From Myxococcota bacterium (GTDB lineage Bacteria; Myxococcota_A; Polyangia; Nannocystales; Nannocystaceae): a stretch of DNA of 64,000 nt. The position numbers and the translations under genes were made by a program. The DNA is taken from assembly GCA_039194325.1 (NCBI GenBank), contig JBCCWC010000005.1:64001-128000 (forward strand), given 5' to 3'. This document shows, piece after piece, positions 1-8,680 of this stretch (position 1 is the stretch's first letter; every line of letters begins with the position of its first letter). Below the pieces are notes generated by a model. The model was not told the DNA's origin, searched no databases, and was given only the letters and a program-made list of their open reading frames with translations.

Positions 1-344
1 AGGCCATGGTCGACCTCGCGAAACAAGGGATGGCCGGTGAGCTCGACCTCCAAGGCGTCGGTGAATGCATGGCGAGCCTCGGGCGTGCCGCCCTTGGCCA
101 CGATGTTGACGCTGTTGGTGCTCCCAAAGGTGGTCTCGATCTGCTCGAGGCTTCGAACGACGGTATGGTCGGCCGGCAACAGCACGCGCAGATCACCGTT
201 GACCTCCAACCGAGTGGCGAAGAAGCCCGCCACCACGGTCAACAAGAACGCCACGAGCAGAATGAAGCGATGGCGCAGCAAGACCCAGCGGATCCATCGG
301 TCGCTCAGGGCCTGAGGACCGTGGAGTGGTTCCGGCTCCGCCAA
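1..344 (-). CDS. MMPL/RND-family membrane transporter, N-terminal part (runs off window start)
   Basis: Manual translation (not in ORF track): WIRWVLLRHRFILLVAFLLTVVAGFFATRLEVNGDLRVLLPADHTVVRSLEQIETTFGSTNSVNIV, a TM helix followed by the D-L-x-x-L-L-P pattern typical of MMPL exporters; TTG start approximate. Confidence 0.65.
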   Translation of the reverse strand, partial: MAEPEPLHGPQALSDRWIRWVLLRHRFILLVAFLLTVVAGFFATRLEVNGDLRVLLPADHTVVRSLEQIETTFGSTNSVNIVAKGGTPEARHAFTDALEVELTGHPLFREVDHG

Positions 345-475
345 AACGGCGCCAACCTTCGCACGAACACCCGTCCACGACCAGGAAGCCCTCTGCGCGC
401 TATGCGCTCATCCTGTGCTCAGGACCAAGGGGCGCGCGAGGCGGGCGGAGCCGATCTCCGCCACCCGCGCAGCGC

Positions 476-1366
476 TCAGCTCGCCGTGGAGAGCCGCGCG
501 TGGATCCGCCGCCGCACGTAGGCCGCGACGTAGTGAGCCCCGGCCACCGTCAGGTGGATCCCATCGCGCGCGCGCACCTGGACCTTCTTCTTGCGCGGAG
601 CCTCGCCGTCCTCGGGCACGAGGCGGATCCGGTCGGCGTACTCACCGTCCTCGCCGGCCAGCAACGACCAAATATCGATGAACTCGGCGTTGCGGCGGAT
701 CGCCATCTCGGCCCGGAAGATCGTGTTGACCCGCTTGACGCGTTCACCCAGCGTGGGCGGCCGCATCATTGGCATGCCCACCCAAAAGATCTGCTGGAGG
801 TCGGGGGCCACGATGTCGCTGAGGTTCACGACCCGTTGGGCATACTCTCGCGGCCACTGCTCGTCGGACCAGCGGATCCACCCGGCCCCGCGATTCTTGA
901 TGCTCTGGGCGTCGTTGCCCCCAAACATAATCACGGTGGCGTCGAAGGGACGATCCCCGACCAGATCGCGAGCCCGTCGCTTCCAGTCGAAGAAGTCGGG
1001 GCGCGCGAGGCCGCTGCTGGTCTTGCCCTCGCGGGTGACGTCGTAGCCGTCCTCCTCGCCGAGCGCTCGGGCCAAGTAAAGGCCAAGGCCGCCGGCGATC
1101 ATGCTGTCACCGATCACCAAGATCCGCGTGCCCCCTCGCGGACCGTAGCGGTCGGCCCATGCGACGGCCGGCCATATCGCGATGCTCGAGCCCGCGACCC
1201 CGGCGAGCCATGAGCGTCGCGTGAAACCCGCGCTCGCGACTCCGCCGTCGACTCCGCCGTCGACTCCACTGCCGACTCCACCGCCGACTCCGATTTCGGC
1301 GAACTGGCGCTTTTTGCGCATTCTTCGTGCGACTCCCATGGCCACCATGGCTCGCCCGGACGGCAC
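476..1366 (-). CDS. SGNH/GDSL hydrolase (DUF459-like), probable Tat substrate
   Basis: IGDSMIAG, SSGLARPDFFDW, FGGND and DGIH blocks; TRRSWL twin-arginine-like motif; true start may be downstream. Confidence 0.8.
   Translation of the reverse strand: MPSGRAMVAMGVARRMRKKRQFAEIGVGGGVGSGVDGGVDGGVASAGFTRRSWLAGVAGSSIAIWPAVAWADRYGPRGGTRILVIGDSMIAGGLGLYLARALGEEDGYDVTREGKTSSGLARPDFFDWKRRARDLVGDRPFDATVIMFGGNDAQSIKNRGAGWIRWSDEQWPREYAQRVVNLSDIVAPDLQQIFWVGMPMMRPPTLGERVKRVNTIFRAEMAIRRNAEFIDIWSLLAGEDGEYADRIRLVPEDGEAPRKKKVQVRARDGIHLTVAGAHYVAAYVRRRIHARLSTAS
1238..1292. repeat. 12-bp tandem repeat (about 4.5 copies, GACTCCRCYGYC)
   Basis: gactccgccgtc x2, gactccactgcc, gactccaccgcc, gactccg; encodes GVGG/GVGS/GVDG/GVDG on the minus strand. 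Confidence 0.85.
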
Positions 1367-1481
1367 GCGCCATGCCTGACCTTCATTTCGAGGCCTTGAA
1401 AGGTCCGCGTAGTCGCACTATGTAACGTTACGTGAGCTTTGGGGTGCGCACGACTCGCGACCCGAGCGACCAGAGGCCGAC

Positions 1482-1802
1482 ATGCTCGACGACCAGACGC
1501 GCGGATTCATCGACACGCTGGTGAAGAACAACCGGGTGATGCTGTTCATGAAGGGCAACCCGACCTTTCCGCAGTGCGGCTTCTCGGCGGCGGTGGTCGA
1601 GGTCCTCAAGAGGCACGGCACACCCTTCCACCACTTCAACGTGCTGTCGGACCAGGCGGTGCGCGAGGGGATCAAGGCATACGGCGACTGGCCCACGATC
1701 CCTCAGCTTTACGTGGGTGGCGAGTTCGTCGGAGGCTGCGACATCGTCCGCGAGATGGACGCCAACGGCGAGCTGACCTCGCTGCTGGCCGCCGAGCGCT
1801 GA
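1482..1802 (+). CDS. grxD: Monothiol glutaredoxin (Grx4 family)
   Basis: FMKG, PQCGFS active site, WPTIPQLY, GGCDI. Confidence 0.95.
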   Translation: MLDDQTRGFIDTLVKNNRVMLFMKGNPTFPQCGFSAAVVEVLKRHGTPFHHFNVLSDQAVREGIKAYGDWPTIPQLYVGGEFVGGCDIVREMDANGELTSLLAAER

Positions 1803-1909
1803 CCCGCCGGTGGTCGGCGGGCCCACACGGCCCTCGGGGAGTCGACTCCCGAGGGAACCGTCGCGCGTGTCCAGTATTCAGGTCATGGGCGCCGCTCGTG
1901 CCCGAGGGG

Positions 1910-2539
1910 CTACGAGCACGCGGCCGCGCAGCTCGTGCCGACGCAGTTGACGTAGCCCAAGAAGCCGTTGAGCGCGTCTGCGGTCTCGGCACAGTTCTCG
2001 TCGACGCACATCTGGAGCGCGGGCAAGGTCGCCGCTTCGCCACAGTTCGTGTTGATGCAGGCGTTGAGCTGCGTGCACGCGGTCGGCTCCATCACCGTCT
2101 CATCGCCGAAGCAGGCTTGCAGCTCCATGCAGCACATGGCCTCCGCGCACTCCCCACACATCGCGGTCGGGAACATCAGGTTCACGCCCAGACCGCACAT
2201 CGCCGGAGGAGCGCCCGACGACGACGACTCTTCCCCGCCCGAAGACGACGACTCGCCCACTTCCATCAGGCAGATCCCTTCGACGCATACCTCACCGGCC
2301 TCACACGGGGGATCACACATCGCCCCCGTGCTCGAGCTCTCGCCGCCGCCGGTGGTGGAGTCGGCCCCCGAGCCCGAGGTGGTCGGATCCGTGCCCGTGG
2401 TCGGGTTGGTGGTGGTGGTCGGATCCATGGTCGTGGGGTTGGCCATGGTGTCGCCATTGCTGTCGTCTCCGGGACAACCCGCAAGCGCGACGACCAGGCC
2501 CGTCAGGCCAATCCAGCTCGTAAACCTCGAAAACTCCAT
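1910..2539 (-). CDS. Cys-rich lipoprotein with Thr/Ser/Gly linkers, unknown function
   Basis: Signal peptide with lipobox LAGC, low-complexity linker, C-terminal CxxC/CC-rich domain. Confidence 0.75.
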   Translation of the reverse strand: MEFSRFTSWIGLTGLVVALAGCPGDDSNGDTMANPTTMDPTTTTNPTTGTDPTTSGSGADSTTGGGESSSTGAMCDPPCEAGEVCVEGICLMEVGESSSSGGEESSSSGAPPAMCGLGVNLMFPTAMCGECAEAMCCMELQACFGDETVMEPTACTQLNACINTNCGEAATLPALQMCVDENCAETADALNGFLGYVNCVGTSCAAACS

Positions 2540-2813
2540 GTTCTTCAATCTCCTTCGTCTCGCGCTGTCGTCCGTGACCACCGCCACAACGACCAAAAAC
2601 CGCGCAGTGCGGGCACGCTGCCACAAAGCCGGTCGGCGGGGCAAACCCTCGCGGCCCGCCAATTGGGCCCTACGACGCCGATCTGACCCCGTTTGGCGGG
2701 CCCTAGCGCGTATGGCGTAAACTGGCGTGGACTTTCTTCACGCGATGACGCCGGTCCCCAATGTGGCCGGCCCGCGACCAACCGGCAAGCAGACAAGAGG
2801 ACGAGGCAACACA

Positions 2814-3557
2814 ATGGATCGGCGACTCATCGGGCAATGGGCACTGGGGATGGCGTTCGGGGTCGCCACTGCGGCCGCCGCCTGCTCCCCCTCATCATCC
2901 TCGGGAGGTTGCGCCGACGACCTCGACTGCGCCCGCGGCGAGCAGTGCGACATGACGGCGCGCTCGTGCATGGCCACCGAGATCGACACCACCGCAACCG
3001 AGAACCCGGCCGAGGCCAGCTTCACCGACAAGGTGGTGCCCTTTCACCGCGGGCAGATCTGCCTGCCCATGGAGGTGCAGTCGGGCACGACGATGCCGGT
3101 GCTGATGCGCCCGTGCCTGCACCCGTGCCTCGAGGTGAGCTCGTTCGAGTTTCGCCACAACTTCTCGTGCGTGGGCAGCTCGTGCGACGCGGTGGCGCTG
3201 ATGTGGCTGGTGACCTCCTCGAGTGCGGCGGGCTGCGACGCCGATGCCTTCGGGCAGTTCGACGCCAGCCAGTGCGTCTACGACACCGAGGTGGAGTTCG
3301 GCCTGGCCACGGAGACGAGCAGCGGGCCGATCCGCGGGAACATGCGCCTGGAGGTTCCCTTCCTCACCAACGAGGACGCGGCCGCCATCGCCGGCAATCC
3401 CAGCGACACCGATCTGATCGACCGGCTGGTCCACCAGTACCCCGAGTCGGACGCCCGAGTTCCCGACGGCCGCACGGTCAGCATCCTGGGCAACCACCCC
3501 GAACCACCAGCGAGCTGCGCCGACGGGGCCTGCGAGTGCTTCCAGATCGGCTTTTGA
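2814..3557 (+). CDS. Cys-rich lipoprotein, unknown function
   Basis: Lipobox AAAC, CADDLDCARGEQC motif, strong GC3 bias. Confidence 0.75.
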   Translation: MDRRLIGQWALGMAFGVATAAAACSPSSSSGGCADDLDCARGEQCDMTARSCMATEIDTTATENPAEASFTDKVVPFHRGQICLPMEVQSGTTMPVLMRPCLHPCLEVSSFEFRHNFSCVGSSCDAVALMWLVTSSSAAGCDADAFGQFDASQCVYDTEVEFGLATETSSGPIRGNMRLEVPFLTNEDAAAIAGNPSDTDLIDRLVHQYPESDARVPDGRTVSILGNHPEPPASCADGACECFQIGF

Positions 3558-3572
3558 GCACCCGCGCCTTCC

Positions 3573-4790
3573 GTGAATGAACCCAGCAACGACCAACCCC
3601 GCGTAGGGCTCGTACTCTCGGGCGGCGGCGCCCGAGGGGCCTACGAGGTGGGGGTGCTCCGCTATATCCGCGAGCGGATCAAGCGGCCGTGCCCTCTTCA
3701 TGCGATCACCGGCAGCAGCGTAGGGGCGATCAACGGCTCGTGGCTCGCGGCCACGATCAATCGCCCCCGGGCCCAGGTCCGCCCCCTGGCGCGGGTGTGG
3801 TCCGAGCTGAACCTGGATCGGATGTATCGGATCGGCTGGTCACAGGTGCGGCACCTGCCTCAGGTGCTCTTTGGCCGCCAGCTGCCCAAGACCAACCGCG
3901 TGGAGACGATCGGCGGCCTGGTGGACTCGGGCTACATCGAAGCGTTCGTGCGCGAACGGATCCCCTGGAAGGGCCTGCGCCACAACCTCAAGCAGGGTCA
4001 CCTCCAAGGCTTTGCGTGTAGCGCCACCGAGCTGGCCACGGGCAAGACCACGATCTTCGTGCAGACCCATGCCGGGCAGCTGCCGGTGTGGCCCGCCGAT
4101 CCCGGGCAGGAGGCGATCTACACCACGATCGGGGCCGCCCACACGCTGGCCTCGGCCGCGATCCCGGTGCTCTTCCCCGCGATCCGAGTAGGGGAGCGCT
4201 ACTTCGTGGACGGCAGCCTGCGCCAGAACACCCCGGTGCGACCCGCCATGCGCCTGGGCGCCAACCGCCTGCTGGTGATCGGCCTCAGCCATATGGGGGA
4301 CCGACAGGCGGCCAACGCTCGCGCTCGCGAGAAGGTCAAGACGATCTTCCCCAACGCGGTGTTCATGGCCGGCAAGGTCCTCGACGCCCTGTTCCTCGAC
4401 AAGCTCGAGGCGGACATGCGGCGGATCGAACGCACCAACCGGCTGATCGAGGCGGGCTCGCGCCTCTATGGCGAGGACTTCGGCCAGGCGATCGGGGCCG
4501 CGATCCCCGGGCGCAAGGGCCGGCCCTACGTGCCCATGAAGGTGCTGCTAATCCGCCCCAGCCAGAACCTGGGCGAGATCGCGTACGAGATCATTCGCAA
4601 GACCAACCTCTCGCGCTACAGCGGAGTGATGGCGCGATGGATCCGGCGCTCGATGACGGGCGAGCAGATGCCCGAGAACGATCTGGCCAGCTACGTGCTC
4701 TTCGACCCCGACTACATCCAGGCGCTGATGCACCTGGGCTACCACGACGCCGAGGCCCAGCACGCACAGATCGCCGAGCTGTTCGGCTGA
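3573..4790 (+). CDS. Patatin-like phospholipase
   Basis: LSGGGARGAY Gly-rich loop, GSSVG nucleophile elbow, ASAAIP, DGS catalytic Asp. Confidence 0.92.
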   Translation: MNEPSNDQPRVGLVLSGGGARGAYEVGVLRYIRERIKRPCPLHAITGSSVGAINGSWLAATINRPRAQVRPLARVWSELNLDRMYRIGWSQVRHLPQVLFGRQLPKTNRVETIGGLVDSGYIEAFVRERIPWKGLRHNLKQGHLQGFACSATELATGKTTIFVQTHAGQLPVWPADPGQEAIYTTIGAAHTLASAAIPVLFPAIRVGERYFVDGSLRQNTPVRPAMRLGANRLLVIGLSHMGDRQAANARAREKVKTIFPNAVFMAGKVLDALFLDKLEADMRRIERTNRLIEAGSRLYGEDFGQAIGAAIPGRKGRPYVPMKVLLIRPSQNLGEIAYEIIRKTNLSRYSGVMARWIRRSMTGEQMPENDLASYVLFDPDYIQALMHLGYHDAEAQHAQIAELFG

Positions 4791-4841
4791 AGGTCGTGGG
4801 AGCTCCCGCGACCCGTCGCAACTCGACGCCCCGAGGATCCC

Positions 4842-6269
4842 ATGCCCACCGCTTCCTCGACCTCCTCCGGCGCCACGCTGGCTCGACCTGCCCACGTGCG
4901 ACCGCCCGGTCCGCCGCCGCGCCGCGGTGGCCTGCACTCGCTGGGCTATTTCTATCGCTTCGCCACCGATCCCTTCGGCTTCGTGGGCGAGCGCTTCGAA
5001 CGATACGGGGACATCTACTTTGCGCCGGCCGACGACACCGGGCTGTTCGTGCTGCGCCACCCCGACCATATTCGCGAGGTGCTGGCGCTGCGGGCCAACC
5101 GCTACCGCAAGCAGCACAGCGCGTTCGCTCGCCTGTCGCAGGTGCTGGGCCAGGGGCTGCTGACCGCCGATGGCGAGCCGTGGAAGCGACACCGCCGGAT
5201 GATCCAGCCCGCGTTCCACCGCCAGCGCCTCGCCGCCTACGCCGAGGTGATGGTCGACGAGACCGAGCGCACGATCGCGACCTGGCAAGAGGGCGAAGTC
5301 CGGGACATCGCGCGGGAGATGGTCGAGCTGACCCTGCGGGTGGTCAGCCGCACGCTATTTAGCCACGACGCCCGAGGGGAGACCGACGCGGTGGTCCACG
5401 CGATGGGCATGCTCAACAATACCCTCGGCCGCCCCTCCTTGCTGCCGGGCTGGGTGCCCAACCCCGCGCGTGCTCGCATGCGACGAGCCGTGCAGCAGCT
5501 CGACGACCTGGTGTATGGGCTCATCGACGAGCGGCGAGCCGCCATGGGAGCGGCTGTGGAGCGTGGCGCTCGCGATCTACCTCGCGATCTACCCCACGAC
5601 CTCCTGCAAGCGATGGTCGAGGCCGTAGACGAAGAGGGCGACCAGGGCTCGCTGTCGCGCCAAGAGGTACGGGACGAGCTGGTCACCTTGTTCCTGGCCG
5701 GCCACGAGACCACCTCGCACGCGCTCAGCTGGACCTTCTTGCTGCTGTCGCGCAACCCAGGCCAGCGAGCCCGGCTGCACGAAGAGCTCGACGCCGTGCT
5801 CGCGGGACGAGCCCCGACCTTCGACGACCTGGAGGCGCTTACCCTCACCGAGCGCGTCATGTACGAGTCGATGCGGCTGTACCCCCCCGCGTTCGTCCTG
5901 GCCCGACGAGCGATCGAAGACACCGAGGTGGGCGGCTACTTCGTGCCCGCGGGCAGCGAGGTGGTCGTGTGGACCTGGATGACGCACCGAGATCCCCGCT
6001 GGTACCCGGCCCCGCTGGTGTTTCGACCCGACCGCTTCGGGCCCGAGGCCCGGGCCGCCCGGCCCCGCATGGCCTACCTGCCCTTTGGTGGCGGTCCCCG
6101 GGCATGCATCGGCTCGATGTTCAGCCTGGTGGAATCGAGGCTGGTGCTCGCGACGATCGCCCGCCGCTTCGAGCTCGAGCTCTTGCCGGGAGCCCGGGTC
6201 AAGACCCGCCCGTCCATCACGCTCGCCCCGCGCCACGGCCTGCCCATGCGGCTGCGACGACGGGGCTGA
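4842..6269 (+). CDS. Cytochrome P450
   Basis: AGHETT I-helix, ESMR (ExxR), FRPDRF, PFGGGPRACIG heme-binding Cys. Confidence 0.97.
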   Translation: MPTASSTSSGATLARPAHVRPPGPPPRRGGLHSLGYFYRFATDPFGFVGERFERYGDIYFAPADDTGLFVLRHPDHIREVLALRANRYRKQHSAFARLSQVLGQGLLTADGEPWKRHRRMIQPAFHRQRLAAYAEVMVDETERTIATWQEGEVRDIAREMVELTLRVVSRTLFSHDARGETDAVVHAMGMLNNTLGRPSLLPGWVPNPARARMRRAVQQLDDLVYGLIDERRAAMGAAVERGARDLPRDLPHDLLQAMVEAVDEEGDQGSLSRQEVRDELVTLFLAGHETTSHALSWTFLLLSRNPGQRARLHEELDAVLAGRAPTFDDLEALTLTERVMYESMRLYPPAFVLARRAIEDTEVGGYFVPAGSEVVVWTWMTHRDPRWYPAPLVFRPDRFGPEARAARPRMAYLPFGGGPRACIGSMFSLVESRLVLATIARRFELELLPGARVKTRPSITLAPRHGLPMRLRRRG

Positions 6270-6292
6270 GCGGCGGGGTCCTGAAAAGAAGA

Positions 6293-6322
6293 TCAAAACG
6301 AACAAAAGTAAGTTTGTTTTGA
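6293..6322. promoter_or_regulatory. AT-rich inverted repeat between P450 and the Cys-rich pair (operator or terminator)
   Basis: tcaaaacgaac-N8-gtttgttttga, 11-bp arms with one G:T, inside an AT-rich patch at about 6283-6340. Confidence 0.45.
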
Positions 6323-6437
6323 ATTAAATGTTGTTTTTGTGATAGGCTGCTTCAGGGCTTCGCGGACGAATTCCTGTCATGGGTGCGTTTTTGCGCATGC
6401 TTTACCGTCCATCAAGCCCCAGGGAGGTCTCGTTCCC

Positions 6438-7418
6438 ATGACGTACCGCTCGCTGCTCTGGCCGTCAAAACCGTCATGGTTGGCTTGGCTCCCGATGTTG
6501 ACCCTTGCCTGTGGCCCTTCGCTGTTTCCCCCGCCGCAAGAAGGGGCCGGGAGCTCCAGCGGGGGGACCGACGACGACGCGACGGTCGGCACCTCCTTGC
6601 CTTCGCCGGGCCCGTCGACCTCGACCACATTGCCCGCGACGACGAGCGCGACCGGCCTCGACACGGGCGACGAGTCTGAGGGCTCCGACTTCATCGAGCG
6701 GCCCGACGGGGGTCCGTGCTTTTCGTCCGCAGAGGGCTTTTGGCTGTGCTCGGAGTGCGACATAATTGCACAAGACTGCCCGCAAGGGGAGAAATGCATG
6801 CCGTGGGCCAACGACGGGGGCTCAGCATGGAACGCGACGCGCTGCTCTCCGATCGTGGGCGATCCCGACGCAGTCGGCGAACCCTGCACGGTGGAGGTCT
6901 CGCCGGTCTCGGGGTTCGACTCCTGCGACTTGGCGTCGATGTGCTGGGAGGTCGATCTCCAGACGCTCGAGGGCACCTGCGTCGCGATGTGCTCGGGCAG
7001 CCATCAAGAGCCCCAGTGCCCCTCGTCGACCACGTGCGTGATCGCCAACGACGGAGCGATCGCCGTCTGCCTGGACACCTGTAGCCCGCTGGCCGATGAT
7101 TGCGAGCCTTCTCAGCGGTGCCTTCCCATCAATGATGCGTTCACGTGCTACCCGGGCACCGGCGGTGAGGCGCTGGCCGGTGAGCCCTGCGAGTTCGTCA
7201 ACGCTTGCGAGACTGGCCTGGCGTGTCAGCCGTCGAACGCGGTGAGCGGACGCTGCGATCCGGGCGTTTTTGGTTGCTGCACGCCGTGGTGCGATCTCTT
7301 CGCGCCCGACCCGAGCGCCGGCTGCTTCGATCCGGCCCAGCAGTGCGTGCCATGGTGGGATTCTCCGGCTCCCGAAGGGTACGAAGACCTCGGTGTTTGT
7401 CGCCTTGTAGTCCCGTGA
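6438..7418 (+). CDS. Cys-rich myxobacterial lipoprotein (paralog 1)
   Basis: Lipobox LACG, Ser/Thr linker, CPQGEKCMPWANDGG..WNATRC domain with over 20 Cys. Confidence 0.8.
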   Translation: MTYRSLLWPSKPSWLAWLPMLTLACGPSLFPPPQEGAGSSSGGTDDDATVGTSLPSPGPSTSTTLPATTSATGLDTGDESEGSDFIERPDGGPCFSSAEGFWLCSECDIIAQDCPQGEKCMPWANDGGSAWNATRCSPIVGDPDAVGEPCTVEVSPVSGFDSCDLASMCWEVDLQTLEGTCVAMCSGSHQEPQCPSSTTCVIANDGAIAVCLDTCSPLADDCEPSQRCLPINDAFTCYPGTGGEALAGEPCEFVNACETGLACQPSNAVSGRCDPGVFGCCTPWCDLFAPDPSAGCFDPAQQCVPWWDSPAPEGYEDLGVCRLVVP

Positions 7419-7435
7419 CCACTCACTCGTGTTCG

Positions 7436-8428
7436 ATGAACGAGATCATGCGCGCGTCGAGATCAATGCTCCCCATCGTCCTGCTGTCGGCGGTCAGCCT
7501 CGCCTGCGGCCCTTCGATCCTGCTGCCTTCAGAAGAAGGAGGCGGAACCTCGAATGGCTCTACCGATGGCCCTGGCTCGGCGACCGACACCGGGTCGTCG
7601 CCTCCGGCTCCGGCCTCCACGGGCGCGCTGACCACGTCCACCACTGTGGTGACCACGACCGGCCTCGACACGGGAGGCGAGTCGACCGGCATTACGTTCA
7701 TCGGGCGACCCGACATCTCCTGCTTCACCGCCAACGGCTACTACACGTCGTGCTTCGAGTGCGGCGTTCTCGAACAAGACTGCCCCAACGGCGAGAAGTG
7801 CATGCCGTGGGCCAACGACGGGGGGATGCGGTGGAACTCGACGCGCTGCGTGCCGATCATTGAGCAACCCGACCAGCCAGGCGAACCCTGCATGGTGGAG
7901 GGCTCGCCCTTCATCGGGGTCGATTCGTGCGACCTCGGCTCGATGTGCTGGGGGGTCGACCTCGACACCAACGAGGGGACGTGCATCTCCATGTGCGCCG
8001 GAGACCCGTCGAATCCCATGTGTGAGCTGCCGGAGAATTCCTGCTTCCTCGACGAGGACCAGTCGCTCGCGCTGTGTCTGTCCGGCTGCAATCCTCTCGG
8101 GGACGATTGCGGCCCGTCGGGGCGGTGCGTTCCTACTGAGCAAGGCTTGGGATGCTTCCATGTCTGGAGCGCCGGAGCGGCGGCGGGACAGCCCTGCGAG
8201 TACCTCGATGAGTGTGGCCCGGGCCTGGCCTGCACAGCCCCAGACGCCGTGGCGCCCTCGTGTGATCCTGGTGCCTCCGGCTGCTGCACGCCGTGGTGCG
8301 ATCTCTCCGCGCCCGATCCCAGCGCCGCGTGCTTCGACCCGACCCAGCAGTGCACGTCGTGGTGGGACGGCGCCCCGGCCCCCGACGGGCTCGAAGATCT
8401 CGGGATCTGCCAGACCATCGCGCCGTGA
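7436..8428 (+). CDS. Cys-rich myxobacterial lipoprotein (paralog 2)
   Basis: Lipobox LACG, CPNGEKCMPWANDGG..WNSTRC, colinear with paralog 1 (GCCTPWCDL, CFDP.QQC..WW). Confidence 0.8.
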   Translation: MNEIMRASRSMLPIVLLSAVSLACGPSILLPSEEGGGTSNGSTDGPGSATDTGSSPPAPASTGALTTSTTVVTTTGLDTGGESTGITFIGRPDISCFTANGYYTSCFECGVLEQDCPNGEKCMPWANDGGMRWNSTRCVPIIEQPDQPGEPCMVEGSPFIGVDSCDLGSMCWGVDLDTNEGTCISMCAGDPSNPMCELPENSCFLDEDQSLALCLSGCNPLGDDCGPSGRCVPTEQGLGCFHVWSAGAAAGQPCEYLDECGPGLACTAPDAVAPSCDPGASGCCTPWCDLSAPDPSAACFDPTQQCTSWWDGAPAPDGLEDLGICQTIAP

Positions 8429-8602
8429 GGGATCTTGGGACGCTCCCAAGCAGACCGGGCCAGGCACTGTCCCGAGCTCCGGACTCGATCCCCCCAAATT
8501 CGTCTCGATCGGGCCAATCTCGTCGAGCGGGGTAGGGAACGTCCCGCTTGAGCATCGCGATCTACTTGGAGAGCCGCCGCGCCCGGGTCTGTGGGCGCCG
8601 GA

Positions 8603-8661
8603 CGATCCTTATCGGACGATCCTTATAAGGATCGCGAAGCCAAGGATAAGGATCGCGAAGC
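8603..8661. repeat. Nested palindrome / direct-repeat element between convergent genes
   Basis: Perfect 18-bp palindrome cgatccttataaggatcg (8617-8634) inside a second inverted pair cgatccttatc (8603-8613) / gataaggatcg (8645-8655). Confidence 0.8.
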
Positions 8662-8680
8662 GGTTGGCCTCGGCCTGCCC

